In this document: positions 35,401 to 49,033 of the stretch, in pieces | How the letters are laid out: the number at the start of each line of letters is the position of its first letter | Position numbering within the stretch: the first letter of the stretch is position 1 | DNA from: Eledone cirrhosa | Lineage: Eukaryota | DNA: 64,000 bases | NCBI GenBank assembly: GCA_964016885.1 | Contig: CAXHJY010001603.1 | Coordinates: forward strand, 62,001 to 126,000 | Reading direction: 5' to 3' | Notes under the pieces: model-generated | Databases searched by the model: none | The model's input: only the letters and a program-made list of their open reading frames with translations | What the model was told of the DNA's origin: nothing | Translations under genes and position numbers: made by a program

Positions 35401-38400
35401 ATTACTGGTACATGTGCAGACACTCATTGGCTATGTGTGGCGTGAATTTCAGCAAGATATCTCCGTAAAATCAATATTTGTGGCTGTGGAACCAAACCGT
35501 GTTAAACGTCAACAAAGTCCGCCGGCGAATGGTGTGCTTCGAAGAAAACGAATCCAAAAATGACGATTAGCCGGCGGATTTACCTTTTCAATCGCGGGCC
35601 GGCCGCCCGTGGTCGGATCGATCTGTAATTACTGGTACATGTGCAGACACTCATTGGCTATGTGTGGCGTGAATTTCAGCAAGATATCTCCGTAAAATCA
35701 ATAGTTGTGGCTGTGGAACCAAACCGTGTTAAACGTCAACAAAGTCCGCCGGCGAATGGTGTGCTTCGAAGAAAACGAATCCAAAAATGACGATTAGCCG
35801 GCGGATTTACCTTTTCAATCGCGGGCCGGCCGCCCGTGGTCGGATCGATCTGTAATTACTGGTACATGTGCAGACACTCATTGGCTATGTGTGGCGTGAA
35901 TTTCAGCCAGATATCTCCGTAAAATCAATAGTTGTGGCTGTGGAACCAAACCGTGTTAAACGTCAACAAAGTCCGCCGGCGAATGGTGTGCTTCGAAGAA
36001 AACGAATCCAAAAATGTCGATTTGCCGGCGGAGTTACCTTTTCAATCGCGGGCCGGCCGCCCGTGTCCGGATCGATCTGTAATTACTGGGACATGTGCAG
36101 ACACTCATTGGCTATGTGTGGCGTGAATTTCAGCAAGATACCTCCGTAAAATCAATAGTTGTGGTTGTGGAACCAAACCGTGTTAAACGTCAACAAAGTC
36201 CGCCGGCGAATGGTGTGCTTCGAAGAAAACGAATCCAAAAATGACGATTAGCCGGCGGATTTACCTTTTCAATCGCGGGCCGGCCGACCGTGGTCGGATC
36301 GATCTGTAATTACTGGTACATGTGCAGACACTCATTGGCTATGTGTGGCGTGAATTTCAGCAAGATATCTCCGTAAAATCAATAGTTGTGGCTGTGGAAC
36401 CAAACCGTGTTAAACGTCAACAAAGTCCGCCGGCGAATGGTGTGCTTCGAAGAAAACGAATCCAAAAATGACGATTAGCCGGCGGATTTACCTTTTCAAT
36501 CGCGGGCCGGCCGCCCGTGGTCGGATCGATCTGTAATTACTGGTACATGTGCAGACACTCATTGGCTATGTGTGGCGTGAATTTCAGCAAGATATCTCCG
36601 TAAAATCAATAGTTGTGGCTGTGGAACCAAACCGTGTTAAACGTCAACAAAGTCCGCCGGCGAATGGTGTGCTTCGAAGAAAACGAATCCAAAAATGTCG
36701 ATTTGCCGGCGGAGTTACCTTTTCAATCGCGGGCCGGCCGCCCGTGGTCGGATCGATCTGTAATTACTGGTACATGTGCAGACACTCATTGGCTATGTGT
36801 GGCGTGAATTTCAGCAAGATATCTCCGTAAAATCAATAGTTGTGGCTGTGGAACCAAACCGTGTTAAACGTCAACAAAGTCCGCCGGCGAATGGTGTGCT
36901 TCGAAGAAAACGAATCCAAAAATGTCGATTTGCCGGCGGAGTTACCTTTTCAATCGCGGGCCGGCCGCCCGTGTCCGGATCGATCTGTAATTACTGGTAC
37001 ATGTGCAGACACTCATTGGCTATGTGTGGCGTGAATTTCAGCCAGATATCTCCGTAAAATCAATAGTTGTGGCTGTGGAACCAAACCGTGTTAAACGTCA
37101 ACAAAGTCCGCCGGCGAATGGTGTGCTTCGAAGAAAACGAATCCAAAAATGACGATTAGCCGGCGGATTTACCTTTTCAATCGCGGGCCGGCCGCCCGTG
37201 GTCGGATCGATCTGTAATTACTGGTACATGTGCAGACACTCATTGGCTATGTGTGGCGTGAATTTCAGCAAGATATCTCCGTAAAATCAATAGTTGTGGC
37301 TGTGGAACCAAACCGTGTTAAACGTCAACAAAGTCCGCCGGCGAATGGTGTGCTTCGAAGAAAACGAATCCAAAAATGTCGATTTGCCGGCGGAGTTACC
37401 TTTTCAATCGCGCGCCGGCCGCCCGTGGTCGGATCGATCTGTAATTACTGGTACATGTGCAGACACTCATTGGCTATGTGTGGCGTGAATTTGAGCAAGA
37501 TATCTCCGTAAAATCAATAGTTGTGGCTGTGGAACCAAACCGTGTTAAACGTCAACAAAGTCCGCCGGCGAATGGTGTGCTTCGAAGAAAACGAATCCAA
37601 AAATGTCGATTTGCCGGCGGAGTTACCTTTTCAATCGCGGGCCGGCCGCCCGTGTCCGGATCGATCTGTAATTACTGGGACATGTGCAGACACTCATTGG
37701 CTATGTGTGGCGTGAATTTCAGCAAGATACCTCCGTAAAATCAATAGTTGTGGTTGTGGAACCAAACCGTGTTAAACGTCAACAAAGTCCGCCGGCGAAT
37801 GGTGTGCTTCGAAGAAAACGAATCCAAAAATGACGATTAGCCGGCGGATTTACCTTTTCAATCGCGGGCCGGCCGCCCGTGGTCGGATCGATCTGTAATT
37901 ACTGGTACATGTGCAGACACTCATTGGCTATGTGTGGCGTGAATTTCAGCAAGATATCTCCGTAAAATCAATAGTTGTGGTTGTGGAACCAAACCGTGTT
38001 AAACGTCAACAAAGTCCGCCGGCGAATGGTATGCTTCGAAGAAAACGAATCCAAAAATGTCGATTTGCCGGCGGAGTTACCTTTTCAATCGCGGGCCGGC
38101 CGCCCGTGTCCGGATCGATCTGTAATTACTGGGACATGTGCAGACACTCATTGGCTATGTGTGGCGTGAATTTCAGCAAGATACCTCCGTAAAATCAATA
38201 GTTGTGGTTGTGGAACCAAACCGTGTTAAACGTCAACAAAGTCCGCCGGCGAATGGTGTGCTTCGAAGAAAACGAATCCAAAAATGACGATTAGCCGGCG
38301 GATTTACCTTTTCAATCGCGGGCCGGCCGCCCGTGGTCGGATCGATCTGTAATTACTGGTACATGTGCAGACACTCATTGGCTATGTGTGGCGTGAATTT

Positions 38401-41315
38401 CAGCAAGATATCTCCGTAAAATCAATAGTTGTGGCTGTGGAACCAAACCGTGTTAAACGTCAACAAAGTCCGCCGGCGAATGGTGTGCTTCGAAGAAAAC
38501 GAATCCAAAAATGACGATTAGCCGGCGGATTTACCTTTTCAATCGCGGGCCGGCCGCCCGTGGTCGGATCGATCTGTAATTACTGGTACATGTGCAGACA
38601 CTCATTGGCTATGTGTGGCGTGAATTTCAGCAAGATATCTCCGTAAAATCAATAGTTGTGGCTGTGGAACCAAACCGTGTTAAACGTCAACAAAGTCCGC
38701 CGGCGAATGGTGTGCTTCGAAGAAAACGAATCCAAAAATGTCGATTTGCCGGCGGAGTTACCTTTTCAATCGCGGGCCGGCCGCCCGTGTCCGGATCGAT
38801 CTGTAATTACTGGGACATGTGCAGACACTCATTGGCTATGTGTGGCGTGAATTTCAGCAAGATACCTCCGTAAAATCAATAGTTGTGGTTGTGGAACCAA
38901 ACCGTGTTAAACGTCAACAAAGTCCGCCGGCGAATGGTGTGCTTCGAAGAAAACGAATCCAAAAATGACGATTAGCCGGCGGATTTACCTTTTCAATCGC
39001 GGGCCGGCCGCCCGTGGTCGGATCGATCTGTAATTACTGGTACATGTGCAGACACTCATTGGCTATGTGTGGCGTGAATTTCAGCAAGATATCTCCGTAA
39101 AATCAATAGTTGTGGTTGTGGAACCAAACCGTGTTAAACGTCAACAAAGTCCGCCGGCGAATGGTGTGCTTCGAAGAAAACGAATCCAAAAATGTCGATT
39201 TGCCGGCGGAGTTACCTTTTCAATCGCGCGCCGGCCGCCCGTGTCCGGATCGATCTGTAATTACTGGTACATGTGCAGACACTCATTGGCTATGTGTGGC
39301 GTGAATTTCAGCAAGATATCTCCGTAAAATCAATATTTGTGGCTGTGGAACCAAACCGTGTTAAACGTCAACAAAGTCCGCCGGCGAATGGTGTGCTTCG
39401 AAGAAAACGAATCCAAAAATGACGATTAGCCGGCGGATTTACCTTTTCAATCGCGGGCCGGCCGCCCGTGGTCGGATCGATCTGTAATTACTGGTACATG
39501 TGCAGACACTCATTGGCTATGTGTGGCGTGAATTTCAGCAAGATATCTCCGTAAAATCAATAGTTGTGGCTGTGGAACCAAACCGTGTTAAACGTCAACA
39601 AAGTCCGCCGGCGAATGGTGTGCTTCGAAGAAAACGAATCCAAAAATGACGATTAGCCGGCGGATTTACCTTTTCAATCGCGGGCCGGCCGCCCGTGGTC
39701 GGATCGATCTGTAATTACTGGTACATGTGCAGACACTCATTGGCTATGTGTGGCGTGAATTTCAGCAAGATATCTCCGTAAAATCAATAGTTGTGGCTGT
39801 GGAACCAAACCGTGTTAAACGTCAACAAAGTCCGCCGGCGAATGGTGTGCTTCGAAGAAAACGAATCCAAAAATGTCGATTTGCCGGCGGAGTTACCTTT
39901 TCAATCGCGGGCCGGCCGCCCGTGTCCGGATCGATCTGTAATTACTGGGACATGTGCAGACACTCATTGGCTATGTGTGGCGTGAATTTCAGCAAGATAC
40001 CTCCGTAAAATCAATAGTTGTGGTTGTGGAACCAAACCGTGTTAAACGTCAACAAAGTCCGCCGGCGAATGGTGTGCTTCGAAGAAAACGAATCCAAAAA
40101 TGACGATTAGCCGGCGGATTTACCTTTTCAATCGCGGGCCGGCCGACCGTGGTCGGATCGATCTGTAATTACTGGTACATGTGCAGACACTCATTGGCTA
40201 TGTGTGGCGTGAATTTCAGCAAGATATCTCCGTAAAATCAATAGTTGTGGCTGTGGAACCAAACCGTGTTAAACGTCAACAAAGTCCGCCGGCGAATGGT
40301 GTGCTTCGAAGAAAACGAATCCAAAAATGACGATTAGCCGGCGGATTTACCTTTTCAATCGCGGGCCGGCCGCCCGTGTCCGGATCGATCTGTAATTACT
40401 GGGACATGTGCAGACACTCATTGGCTATGTGTGGCGTGAATTTCAGCAAGATACCTCCGTAAAATCAATAGTTGTGGTTGTGGAACCAAACCGTGTTAAA
40501 CGTCAACAAAGTCCGCCGGCGAATGGTGTGCTTCGAAGAAAACGAATCCAAAAATGACGATTAGCCGGCGGATTTACCTTTTCAATCGCGGGCCGGCCGA
40601 CCGTGGTCGGATCGATCTGTAATTACTGGTACATGTGCAGACACTCATTGGCTATGTGTGGCGTGAATTTCAGCAAGATATCTCCGTAAAATCAATAGTT
40701 GTGGCTGTGGAACCAAACCGTGTTAAACGTCAACAAAGTCCGCCGGCGAATGGTGTGCTTCGAAGAAAACGAATCCAAAAATGACGATTAGCCGGCGGAT
40801 TTACCTTTTCAATCGCGGGCCGGCCGCCCGTGGTCGGATCGATCTGTAATTACTGGTACATGTGCAGACACTCATTGGCTATGTGTGGCGTGAATTTCAG
40901 CAAGATATCTCCGTAAAATCAATAGTTGTGGCTGTGGAACCAAACCGTGTTAAACGTCAACAAAGTCCGCCGGCGAATGGTGTGCTTCGAAGAAAACGAA
41001 TCCAAAAATGTCGATTTGCCGGCGGAGTTACCTTTTCAATCGCGGGCCGGCCGCCCGTGGTCGGATCGATCTGTAATTACTGGTACATGTGCAGACACTC
41101 ATTGGCTATGTGTGGCGTGAATTTCAGCAAGATATCTCCGTAAAATCAATAGTTGTGGCTGTGGAACCAAACCGTGTTAAACGTCAACAAAGTCCGCCGG
41201 CGAATGGTGTGCTTCGAAGAAAACGAATCCAAAAATGTCGATTTGCCGGCGGAGTTACCTTTTCAATCGCGGGCCGGCCGCCCGTGTCCGGATCGATCTG
41301 TAATTACTGGTACAT

Positions 41316-44300
41316 GTGCAGACACTCATTGGCTATGTGTGGCGTGAATTTCAGCCAGATATCTCCGTAAAATCAATAGTTGTGGCTGTGGAACCAAACC
41401 GTGTTAAACGTCAACAAAGTCCGCCGGCGAATGGTGTGCTTCGAAGAAAACGAATCCAAAAATGACGATTAGCCGGCGGATTTACCTTTTCAATCGCGGG
41501 CCGGCCGCCCGTGGTCGGATCGATCTGTAATTACTGGTACATGTGCAGACACTCATTGGCTATGTGTGGCGTGAATTTCAGCAAGATATCTCCGTAAAAT
41601 CAATAGTTGTGGCTGTGGAACCAAACCGTGTTAAACGTCAACAAAGTCCGCCGGCGAATGGTGTGCTTCGAAGAAAACGAATCCAAAAATGTCGATTTGC
41701 CGGCGGAGTTACCTTTTCAATCGCGCGCCGGCCGCCCGTGGTCGGATCGATCTGTAATTACTGGTACATGTGCAGACACTCATTGGCTATGTGTGGCGTG
41801 AATTTCAGCAAGATATCTCCGTAAAATCAATAGTTGTGGTTGTGGAACCAAACCGTGTTAAACGTCAACAAAGTCCGCCGGCGAATGGTATGCTTCGAAG
41901 AAAACGAATCCAAAAATGTCGATTTGCCGGCGGAGTTACCTTTTCAATCGCGGGCCGGCCGCCCGTGTCCGGATCGATCTGTAATTACTGGGACATGTGC
42001 AGACACTCATTGGCTATGTGTGGCGTGAATTTCAGCAAGATACCTCCGTAAAATCAATAGTTGTGGTTGTGGAACCAAACCGTGTTAAACGTCAACAAAG
42101 TCCGCCGGCGAATGGTGTGCTTCGAAGAAAACGAATCCAAAAATGACGATTAGCCGGCGGATTTACCTTTTCAATCGCGGGCCGGCCGCCCGTGGTCGGA
42201 TCGATCTGTAATTACTGATACATGTGCAGACACTCATTGGCTATGTGTGGCGTGAATTTCAGCAAGATATCTCCGTAAAATCAATAGTTGTGGCTGTGGA
42301 ACCAAACCGTGTTAAACGTCAACAAAGTCCGCCGGCGAATGGTGTGCTTCGAAGAAAACGAATCCAAAAATGACGATTAGCCGGCGGATTTACCTTTTCA
42401 ATCGCGGGCCGGCCGCCCGTGGTCGGATCGATCTGTAATTACTGGTACATGTGCAGACACTCATTGGCTATGTGTGGCGTGAATTTCAGCAAGATATCTC
42501 CGTAAAATCAATAGTTGTGGCTGTGGAACCAAACCGTGTTAAACGTCAACAAAGTCCGCCGGCGAATGGTGTGCTTCGAAGAAAACGAATCCAAAAATGT
42601 CGATTTGCCGGCGGAGTTACCTTTTCAATCGCGGGCCGGCCGCCCGTGTCCGGATCGATCTGTAATTACTGGGACATGTGCAGACACTCATTGGCTATGT
42701 GTGGCGTGAATTTCAGCAAGATACCTCCGTAAAATCAATAGTTGTGGTTGTGGAACCAAACCGTGTTAAACGTCAACAAAGTCCGCCGGCGAATGGTGTG
42801 CTTCGAAGAAAACGAATCCAAAAATGACGATTAGCCGGCGGATTTACCTTTTCAATCGCGGGCCGGCCGACCGTGGTCGGATCGATCTGTAATTACTGGT
42901 ACATGTGCAGACACTCATTGGCTATGTGTGGCGTGAATTTCAGCAAGATATCTCCGTAAAATCAATAGTTGTGGCTGTGGAACCAAACCGTGTTAAACGT
43001 CAACAAAGTCCGCCGGCGAATGGTGTGCTTCGAAGAAAACGAATCCAAAAATGACGATTAGCCGGCGGATTTACCTTTTCAATCGCGGGCCGGCCGCCCG
43101 TGGTCGGATCGATCTGTAATTACTGGTACATGTGCAGACACTCATTGGCTATGTGTGGCGTGAATTTCAGCAAGATATCTCCGTAAAATCAATAGTTGTG
43201 GCTGTGGAACCAAACCGTGTTAAACGTCAACAAAGTCCGCCGGCGAATGGTGTGCTTCGAAGAAAACGAATCCAAAAATGTCGATTTGCCGGCGGAGTTA
43301 CCTTTTCAATCGCGGGCCGGCCGCCCGTGGTCGGATCGATCTGTAATTACTGGTACATGTGCAGACACTCATTGGCTATGTGTGGCGTGAATTTCAGCAA
43401 GATATCTCCGTAAAATCAATAGTTGTGGCTGTGGAACCAAACCGTGTTAAACGTCAACAAAGTCCGCCGGCGAATGGTGTGCTTCGAAGAAAACGAATCC
43501 AAAAATGTCGATTTGCCGGCGGAGTTACCTTTTCAATCGCGGGCCGGCCGCCCGTGTCCGGATCGATCTGTAATTACTGGTACATGTGCAGACACTCATT
43601 GGCTATGTGTGGCGTGAATTTCAGCCAGATATCTCCGTAAAATCAATAGTTGTGGCTGTGGAACCAAACCGTGTTAAACGTCAACAAAGTCCGCCGGCGA
43701 ATGGTGTGCTTCGAAGAAAACGAATCCAAAAATGACGATTAGCCGGCGGATTTACCTTTTCAATCGCGGGCCGGCCGCCCGTGGTCGGATCGATCTGTAA
43801 TTACTGGTACATGTGCAGACACTCATTGGCTATGTGTGGCGTGAATTTCAGCAAGATATCTCCGTAAAATCAATAGTTGTGGCTGTGGAACCAAACCGTG
43901 TTAAACGTCAACAAAGTCCGCCGGCGAATGGTGTGCTTCGAAGAAAACGAATCCAAAAATGTCGATTTGCCGGCGGAGTTACCTTTTCAATCGCGCGCCG
44001 GCCGCCCGTGTCCGGATCGATCTGTAATTACTGGTACATGTGCAGACACTCATTGGCTATGTGTGGCGTGAATTTCAGCAAGATATCTCCGTAAAATCAA
44101 TATTTGTGGCTGTGGAACCAAACCGTGTTAAACGTCAACAAAGTCCGCCGGCGAATGGTGTGCTTCGAAGAAAACGAATCCAAAAATGACGATTAGCCGG
44201 CGGATTTACCTTTTCAATCGCGGGCCGGCCGTCCGTGGTCGGATCGATCTGTAATTACTGGTACATGTGCAGACACTCATTGGCTATGTGTGGCGTGAAT

Positions 44301-47300
44301 TTCAGCAAGATATCTCCGTAAAATCAATAGTTGTGGCTGTGGAACCAAACCGTGTTAAACGTCAACAAAGTCCGCCGGCGAATGGTGTGCTTCGAAGAAA
44401 ACGAATCCAAAAATGACGATTAGCCGGCGGATTTACCTTTTCAATCGCGGGCCGGCCGCCCGTGGTCGGATCGATCTGTAATTACTGGTACATGTGCAGA
44501 CACTCATTGGCTATGTGTGGCGTGAATTTCAGCAAGATATCTCCGTAAAATCAATAGTTGTGGTTGTGGAACCAAACCGTGTTAAACGTCAACAAAGTCC
44601 GCCGGCGAATGGTGTGCTTCGAAGAAAACGAATCCAAAAATGTCGATTTGCCGGTGGAGTTACCTTTTCAATCGCGGGCCGGCCGCCCGTGTCCGGATCG
44701 ATCTGTAATTACTGGTACATGTGCAGACACTCATTGGCTATGTGTGGCGTGAATTTCAGCAAGATACCTCCGTAAAATCAATAGTTGTGGTTGTGGAACC
44801 AAACCGTGTTAAACGTCAAGAAAGTCCGCCGGCGAATGGTGTGCTTCGAAGAAAACGAATCCAAAAATGACGATTAGCCGGCGGATTTACCTTTTCAATC
44901 GCGGGCCGGCCGCCCGTGGTCGGATCGATCTGTAATTACTGGTACATGTGCAGACACTCATTGGCTATGTGTGGCGTGAATTTCAGCAAGATATCTCCGT
45001 AAAATCAATAGTTGTGGCTGTGGAACCAAACCGTGTTAAACGTCAACAAAGTCCGCCGGCGAATGGTGTGCTTCGAAGAAAACGAATCCAAAAATGTCGA
45101 TTTGCCGGCGGAGTTACCTTTTCAATCGCGCGCCGGCTGCCCGTGTCCGGATCGATCTGTAATTACTGGTACATGTGCAGACACTCATTGGCTATGTGTG
45201 GCGTGAATTTCAGCCAGATATCTCCGTAAAATCAATAGTTGTGGCTGTGGAACCAAACCGTGTTAAACGTCAACAAAGTCCGCCGGCGAATGGTGTGCTT
45301 CGAAGAAAACGAATCCAAAAATGACGATTAGCCGGCGGATTTACCTTTTCAATCGCGGGCCGGCCGCCCGTGGTCGGATCGATCTGTAATTACTGGTACA
45401 TGTGCAGACACTCATTGGCTATGTGTGGCGTGAATTTCAGCAAGATATCTCCGTAAAATCAATAGTTGTGGCTGTGGAACCAAACCGTGTTAAACGTCAA
45501 CAAAGTCCGCCGGCGAATGGTGTGCTTCGAAGAAAACGAATCCAAAAATGTCGATTTGCCGGCGGAGTTACCTTTTCAATCGCGCGCCGGCCGCCCGTGG
45601 TCGGATCGATCTGTAATTACTGGTACATGTGCAGACACTCATTGGCTATGTGTGGCGTGAATTTCAGCAAGATATCTCCGTAAAATCAATAGTTGTGGTT
45701 GTGGAACCAAACCGTGTTAAACGTCAACAAAGTCCGCCGGCGAATGGTATGCTTCGAAGAAAACGAATCCAAAAATGTCGATTTGCCGGCGGAGTTACCT
45801 TTTCAATCGCGGGCCGGCCGCCCGTGTCCGGATCGATCTGTAATTACTGGGACATGTGCAGACACTCATTGGCTATGTGTGGCGTGAATTTCAGCAAGAT
45901 ACCTCCGTAAAATCAATAGTTGTGGTTGTGGAACCAAACCGTGTTAAACGTCAACAAAGTCCGCCGGCGAATGGTGTGCTTCGAAGAAAACGAATCCAAA
46001 AATGACGATTAGCCGGCGGATTTACCTTTTCAATCGCGGGCCGGCCGCCCGTGGTCGGATCGATCTGTAATTACTGATACATGTGCAGACACTCATTGGC
46101 TATGTGTGGCGTGAATTTCAGCAAGATATCTCCGTAAAATCAATAGTTGTGGCTGTGGAACCAAACCGTGTTAAACGTCAACAAAGTCCGCCGGCGAATG
46201 GTGTGCTTCGAAGAAAACGAATCCAAAAATGACGATTAGCCGGCGGATTTACCTTTTCAATCGCGGGCCGGCCGCCCGTGGTCGGATCGATCTGTAATTA
46301 CTGGTACATGTGCAGACACTCATTGGCTATGTGTGGCGTGAATTTCAGCAAGATATCTCCGTAAAATCAATAGTTGTGGCTGTGGAACCAAACCGTGTTA
46401 AACGTCAACAAAGTCCGCCGGCGAATGGTGTGCTTCGAAGAAAACGAATCCAAAAATGTCGATTTGCCGGCGGAGTTACCTTTTCAATCGCGGGCCGGCC
46501 GCCCGTGTCCGGATCGATCTGTAATTACTGGGACATGTGCAGACACTCATTGGCTATGTGTGGCGTGAATTTCAGCAAGATACCTCCGTAAAATCAATAG
46601 TTGTGGTTGTGGAACCAAACCGTGTTAAACGTCAACAAAGTCCGCCGGCGAATGGTGTGCTTCGAAGAAAACGAATCCAAAAATGACGATTAGCCGGCGG
46701 ATTTACCTTTTCAATCGCGGGCCGGCCGACCGTGGTCGGATCGATCTGTAATTACTGGTACATGTGCAGACACTCATTGGCTATGTGTGGCGTGAATTTC
46801 AGCAAGATATCTCCGTAAAATCAATAGTTGTGGCTGTGGAACCAAACCGTGTTAAACGTCAACAAAGTCCGCCGGCGAATGGTGTGCTTCGAAGAAAACG
46901 AATCCAAAAATGACGATTAGCCGGCGGATTTACCTTTTCAATCGCGGGCCGGCCGCCCGTGGTCGGATCGATCTGTAATTACTGGTACATGTGCAGACAC
47001 TCATTGGCTATGTGTGGCGTGAATTTCAGCAAGATATCTCCGTAAAATCAATAGTTGTGGCTGTGGAACCAAACCGTGTTAAACGTCAACAAAGTCCGCC
47101 GGCGAATGGTGTGCTTCGAAGAAAACGAATCCAAAAATGTCGATTTGCCGGCGGAGTTACCTTTTCAATCGCGGGCCGGCCGCCCGTGGTCGGATCGATC
47201 TGTAATTACTGGTACATGTGCAGACACTCATTGGCTATGTGTGGCGTGAATTTCAGCAAGATATCTCCGTAAAATCAATAGTTGTGGCTGTGGAACCAAA

Positions 47301-49033
47301 CCGTGTTAAACGTCAACAAAGTCCGCCGGCGAATGGTGTGCTTCGAAGAAAACGAATCCAAAAATGTCGATTTGCCGGCGGAGTTACCTTTTCAATCGCG
47401 GGCCGGCCGCCCGTGTCCGGATCGATCTGTAATTACTGGTACATGTGCAGACACTCATTGGCTATGTGTGGCGTGAATTTCAGCCAGATATCTCCGTAAA
47501 ATCAATAGTTGTGGCTGTGGAACCAAACCGTGTTAAACGTCAACAAAGTCCGCCGGCGAATGGTGTGCTTCGAAGAAAACGAATCCAAAAATGACGATTA
47601 GCCGGCGGATTTACCTTTTCAATCGCGGGCCGGCCGCCCGTGGTCGGATCGATCTGTAATTACTGGTACATGTGCAGACACTCATTGGCTATGTGTGGCG
47701 TGAATTTCAGCAAGATATCTCCGTAAAATCAATAGTTGTGGCTGTGGAACCAAACCGTGTTAAACGTCAACAAAGTCCGCCGGCGAATGGTGTGCTTCGA
47801 AGAAAACGAATCCAAAAATGTCGATTTGCCGGCGGAGTTACCTTTTCAATCGCGCGCCGGCCGCCCGTGTCCGGATCGATCTGTAATTACTGGTACATGT
47901 GCAGACACTCATTGGCTATGTGTGGCGTGAATTTCAGCAAGATATCTCCGTAAAATCAATATTTGTGGCTGTGGAACCAAACCGTGTTAAACGTCAACAA
48001 AGTCCGCCGGCGAATGGTGTGCTTCGAAGAAAACGAATCCAAAAATGACGATTAGCCGGCGGATTTACCTTTTCAATCGCGGGCCGGCCGTCCGTGGTCG
48101 GATCGATCTGTAATTACTGGTACATGTGCAGACACTCATTGGCTATGTGTGGCGTGAATTTCAGCAAGATATCTCCGTAAAATCAATAGTTGTGGCTGTG
48201 GAACCAAACCGTGTTAAACGTCAACAAAGTCCGCCGGCGAATGGTGTGCTTCGAAGAAAACGAATCCAAAAATGACGATTAGCCGGCGGATTTACCTTTT
48301 CAATCGCGGGCCGGCCGCCCGTGGTCGGATCGATCTGTAATTACTGGTACATGTGCAGACACTCATTGGCTATGTGTGGCGTGAATTTCAGCAAGATATC
48401 TCCGTAAAATCAATAGTTGTGGTTGTGGAACCAAACCGTGTTAAACGTCAACAAAGTCCGCCGGCGAATGGTGTGCTTCGAAGAAAACGAATCCAAAAAT
48501 GTCGATTTGCCGGTGGAGTTACCTTTTCAATCGCGGGCCGGCCGCCCGTGTCCGGATCGATCTGTAATTACTGGTACATGTGCAGACACTCATTGGCTAT
48601 GTGTGGCGTGAATTTCAGCAAGATACCTCCGTAAAATCAATAGTTGTGGTTGTGGAACCAAACCGTGTTAAACGTCAAGAAAGTCCGCCGGCGAATGGTG
48701 TGCTTCGAAGAAAACGAATCCAAAAATGACGATTAGCCGGCGGATTTACCTTTTCAATCGCGGGCCGGCCGCCCGTGGTCGGATCGATCTGTAATTACTG
48801 GTACATGTGCAGACACTCATTGGCTATGTGTGGCGTGAATTTCAGCAAGATATCTCCGTAAAATCAATAGTTGTGGCTGTGGAACCAAACCGTGTTAAAC
48901 GTCAACAAAGTCCGCCGGCGAATGGTGTGCTTCGAAGAAAACGAATCCAAAAATGTCGATTTGCCGGCGGAGTTACCTTTTCAATCGCGCGCCGGCTGCC
49001 CGTGTCCGGATCGATCTGTAATTACTGGTACAT
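41316..49033 (+). repeat. 17-mer (3,859-bp) tandem duplication in subfamily B; boundaries approximate
   Basis: Offset 3859 = 17x227 (41543/45402, 41770/45629, 43132/46991, 44494/48353, 44948/48807). Variant ACTGATAC at 42218 and 46077. Confidence 0.9.
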